56,361 bases of DNA, from positions 1 through 56,361 of the IMG/VR virus record IMGVR_UViG_3300025674_000049; one strand, 5' to 3'. The notes under the pieces were generated by a model. That model saw only the letters and a program-made list of their open reading frames with translations, had not been told where the DNA came from and did no database searches. This document shows, one piece after another, positions 53,644 through 56,361 of this stretch. The stretch's first letter is position 1; each line of letters begins with the position of its first letter. The DNA is from a virus. Taxonomy: Duplodnaviria > Caudoviricetes. The position numbers were made by a program, and so were the translations under genes.

Positions 53644-54240
53644 TTAGTTTTCCTCTTGGGTGTTAATTGGAGCTTCTTTGATAAGCCTCAGCAGAGTGTC
53701 GCGCTGACGGAGGCGGGTGGAAGCACAGGCGTCGGCGTCGGCGGCGGCGTAGGTGGCGTAGGTGGCGGCGTAGGCGGCGTAGGTGGCGTAGGTGGCGGTG
53801 GCGGTGCCGTAGGTGGCGGCGGACCAAGCAGCGCGGGTGGCGTCAGGCCACTCCTTGCCTTCTGCCAACAAATCTATCCCCTTAATGACTAAGTAAATAA
53901 CGGCTTGAATATCATCAGGAACGGGCGGCAACGCTCGCAGCTCTGCTGCGAGGAACTGCCAGCCGACGATGGTCAGATCTTTGTTGTCAGAGCCAATAGC
54001 CTGAGGAATCGCAGCAAAGAAATCCACCGCTTTATCCGCAGGTAACCCCTCAAAGATCGATTCAGCGATCCGGGTGACCATAAACGGGATGCCATATTCG
54101 TTCTCAATGAATTCAGGGTCGTCGTGGCCGTTGGCGAGACAACCAATAAAACATGTTTCGTAGCTACCTTGCGCAACGCGATCAGCTTTAACGTGATCTG
54201 AAACTTCTGATTGAAGCCATTCAAAGTTTTTAGTAAGCAT
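53644..54240 (-). CDS. Hypothetical protein with Ala/Tyr low-complexity repeats
   Basis: ATG 54240 after GGAGG; H..AD...QG.Y..CFIGC..YGIP..IFEGLP; ATY repeats. Confidence 0.7.
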   Translation of the reverse strand: MLTKNFEWLQSEVSDHVKADRVAQGSYETCFIGCLANGHDDPEFIENEYGIPFMVTRIAESIFEGLPADKAVDFFAAIPQAIGSDNKDLTIVGWQFLAAELRALPPVPDDIQAVIYLVIKGIDLLAEGKEWPDATRAAWSAATYGTATATYATYAAYAATYATYAAADADACASTRLRQRDTLLRLIKEAPINTQEEN

Positions 54241-54253
54241 CAGTTGTCCTCCA

Positions 54254-54736
54254 TCAGTTATTCTCCAGTTGATTGATTGCTTGTCCTGAGCGGGCAAAGT
54301 CGGTGTCGCCGGAAGCTAGCCTGGCGCTGATCTCCCAAACGACCGCTTCGTGCTGATCGTTTGCGCGATCATTCGCGACGCGGATATCCGCGTCAACCTC
54401 TGAAATACACCACGGAGACTCGAAAGAAATCTCAAGGGAGAAATCGGCATCCCAATAGCGACCATCAAAAACAGCATGGAATGCCTTCGTTTCAAAATAC
54501 CGATCATCTTCAGGATCAGCGTGATACTCTTTATTAATAGGCAAGAAGTCGTAGCTTTTGCTGGTCCTAAAAAGGCCAACAGTGCTGACAACAATCCGTG
54601 TGTCCCCGCATTCCAGCAGGGTGTTGCGCCTGAAGCGGCAAGAATTGGCAAAACAGAAATGGCCAGCCCAGCCACGCTCAGTCCGTTGAATTGTTGATGC
54701 GAGCCTTGGTGAAGTGATGGAGTGTTGGTTAGTCAT
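54254..54736 (-). CDS. Hypothetical protein
   Basis: RTERGWAGHF..CRFRRNTLL..VSTVG..YFET.AF core flanked by array-type termini MTNQH and NQLENN. Confidence 0.7.
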   Translation of the reverse strand: MTNQHSITSPRLASTIQRTERGWAGHFCFANSCRFRRNTLLECGDTRIVVSTVGLFRTSKSYDFLPINKEYHADPEDDRYFETKAFHAVFDGRYWDADFSLEISFESPWCISEVDADIRVANDRANDQHEAVVWEISARLASGDTDFARSGQAINQLENN

Positions 54737-54998
54737 TTAGTTTCCCTTTGCGTAAATCAATCAAAGCAAACTTATCATTTATTTGATGAATAATAAACCA
54801 CGAAGAATTTTTATCATCAATTATAGTTTCTATTTCATCACGAGTATCATACAATTTCAAAAACTCCCAATCACTCCACTCACCAGTAAGTTCATGTTGA
54901 GTTCCATTATCAATCCAAAACTGAAAAGAGTACGCAAAGTCCGTCTCATTTAAATTACGGATTTTATGTGTATCATTTAGGTATAGTAGTCCAGTCAT
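54729..54998 (-). CDS. AT-rich hypothetical protein
   Basis: ATG 54998 (MTGLLYLN) via TAATG overlap with GGAGG SD. Confidence 0.65.
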   Translation of the reverse strand: MTGLLYLNDTHKIRNLNETDFAYSFQFWIDNGTQHELTGEWSDWEFLKLYDTRDEIETIIDDKNSSWFIIHQINDKFALIDLRKGKLND

Positions 54999-55252
54999 TA
55001 GTTGTCCTCCTGTGTTGGGCGCATTGCTTGTCTCAAAGAACATTCAATAGATTCAAAATCTATGGCAATCACGCCAGTGGTCTTGTTGTAGTAAAGACTG
55101 CCTAGAAACGCCTCTTGTGACTTAAGACATTCAATCACCTGCTCCAACTGCCGATCAGCAACATCACGCATTTGATCCTCATCGTAAGGACCATCGCCGT
55201 ATTTGTAGTAACTTTGAAGGAAAGAGTCAGTCAGTGGGTGTTGGTTAGTCAT
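54998..55252 (-). CDS. Array family A small protein
   Basis: MTNQHPLTD..MRDVADRQLEQVI..AMRPTQEDN. Confidence 0.75.
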   Translation of the reverse strand: MTNQHPLTDSFLQSYYKYGDGPYDEDQMRDVADRQLEQVIECLKSQEAFLGSLYYNKTTGVIAIDFESIECSLRQAMRPTQEDN

Positions 55253-55394
55253 CAGGAAGTGCCTCCAGTGCGCGACGGATGTTCCCCGCCTTGAACCCCA
55301 TGCCGTGATTGGCGAGATCAGTAATTAAGACTTCAAGGTCTTCCAGAGCCAACTCCTTCAGGCTCGGTGGCTTCGGGGGGTGTTGGTCAGTCAT
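55245..55394 (-). pseudogene. Internally deleted, frameshifted array gene
   Basis: MTDQHP joined out of frame to PKPPSLKELALEDL..IRRALEALPDD*. Confidence 0.55.
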
Positions 55395-55653
55395 CGTTGT
55401 TTTCCTGTGTTGTTGTTGTTGGGCGCATTGCTTTCAACTTTTGACCAAAATCAAGAAGATCCTGAATGTCAGTCCTTGGTGATTCCAAGCACTGCTCCCA
55501 GGCTGTAATCACCTTCTCAAGCTGCCAGTCAGCAGCAGCTCGCATGGTTCGTCGAGTCGCTGGACAAGGTTCCTGAAACTTTAGCCAGTTGTCTTTGTTG
55601 TCTTGCCAGAGTTGACAGCAGATTTCGTCAGTTAGTGGGTGTTCAGTCATCAT
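55387..55653 (-). CDS. Array family A small protein
   Basis: MTEHPLTDEIC..MRAAADWQLEKVI..AMRPTTTQENN. Confidence 0.75.
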   Translation of the reverse strand: MMTEHPLTDEICCQLWQDNKDNWLKFQEPCPATRRTMRAAADWQLEKVITAWEQCLESPRTDIQDLLDFGQKLKAMRPTTTTQENNDD

Positions 55654-55982
55654 GAGTCCTCCAATTGGTTGAACGTGTCAATCAGTTCTTGGTTGCCTGA
55701 TTCTTCAATGAGACGTTGAAGTTTCTCTTTAGGTGTTTCAACAAACTTCCACTTGCGACCGTTGATTGTGCCAAGGACAGTGCCTGCGACATTGTGTGCG
55801 ACATCGCCATAGACGGTGCCATGGACGGTGCCAAAGATAGTGCCTCCGATGTTGCCATCGACGTTGCCACTGATGTTGCCATTGACATCGCCATTGACAG
55901 AGAGGACTACCCATTCCCTGTCACCCGTGTCATGAAAAGTAACAAGCTTCAGGGCTTCTTCAAGTGTGATTTGTTTGGTCAT
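55650..55982 (-). CDS. Array family B small protein with G-x-V/I tetrapeptide repeats
   Basis: VNGDVNGNISGNVDGNIGGTIFGTVHGTVYGDV..ETPKEKL.RL..NQELI..FNQLE. Confidence 0.75.
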   Translation of the reverse strand: MTKQITLEEALKLVTFHDTGDREWVVLSVNGDVNGNISGNVDGNIGGTIFGTVHGTVYGDVAHNVAGTVLGTINGRKWKFVETPKEKLQRLIEESGNQELIDTFNQLEDS

Positions 55983-56230
55983 CAGTTGTTCTCCTGTGTT
56001 TTTGTTGTTGGGCGCATTGCTTCCAACTTTTCATGAAAAAGATAAATGACTTCAATGCAAGACCTTTTTTCTTCTTTGCATTGATTCAATGCTTTAACCA
56101 CCTGTTCCAACTGCCAATCAGCGCCAGCTCGCATACACATAAATTCGTCATCCTGCATGGCCCAATCAAGATCTAAATCTTCCTCAATTGCACAGCAAAT
56201 CTCATCAGTCAGTGGGTGTTGTTCCGTCAT
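55982..56230 (-). CDS. Array family A small protein
   Basis: MTEQHPLTDEIC..MRAGADWQLEQV..AMRPTTKTQENN. Confidence 0.75.
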   Translation of the reverse strand: MTEQHPLTDEICCAIEEDLDLDWAMQDDEFMCMRAGADWQLEQVVKALNQCKEEKRSCIEVIYLFHEKLEAMRPTTKTQENN

Positions 56231-56361
56231 CAGTTGTTCTCCAGTTGGTTGAATGCGTCAATTAACTCTTGATTTTCAGTCTCATCAAGCAGTCGGCGGA
56301 ACTTCTGTTCAGGTGTCTCGATGAGTTTCCAAGCGCGACCAGCGATGGTGCCTCCGACACT
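56230..56361 (-). CDS. Array family B small protein, partial (starts beyond the right edge)
   Basis: ..VGGTIAGRAWKLIETPEQKFRRLLDETENQELIDAFNQLENN*, paralogue of 55650..55982. Confidence 0.7.
   Translation of the reverse strand, partial: SVGGTIAGRAWKLIETPEQKFRRLLDETENQELIDAFNQLENN

Noticed and set aside
53728-53821. GCGTAGGTG 9-bp repeats as a regulatory array, and the Gly-rich plus ORF 53656..53892
   Set aside because: They encode the low-complexity ATYA tract of the minus-strand gene; the plus ORF is its shadow.
1-56361. Integrase, att site or lysogeny module; alternative genetic code
   Set aside because: No recombinase motifs found; long genes are intact under the standard code and all three stop codons are used.

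Overview
Most of a tailed dsDNA phage genome, very probably a siphovirus of marine or freshwater picocyanobacteria (Synechococcus-type). Host and family are inferred from gene content: phage sigma-70 factor, cyanobacterial-type AbrB, ThyX, dCTP deaminase, DNA polymerase A and a GH24+M15 endolysin. Left to right: coupled small early genes (1-1463, minus); a 1-kb non-coding control region with three sigma70-like promoters, GAGACTCA palindromes and a heavily base-paired ~560-nt putative RNA closed by a tRNA-like T-arm/acceptor module (1514-2073); a replication/transcription module (2518-12353); a lysis cassette (12354-14071); tail and head genes (14224-49370, minus); HNH, TerL and TerS; thyX; and a junction-repeat array of small paralogous genes (53644-end). 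No integrase, CRISPR array, canonical tRNA or reverse transcriptase was seen. Best leads: (1) the large tRNA-capped ncRNA; (2) an apparent head-cargo polyprotein system punctuated by R-x-D sites, with a recurrent CG-x3-I-x5-C module; (3) a probable -1 frameshift in the holin-like gene; (4) 10-bp iterons inside the primase-helicase gene and a 20-bp-phased repeat array upstream of the portal gene. All product calls come from motif recognition by eye, not from database searches.
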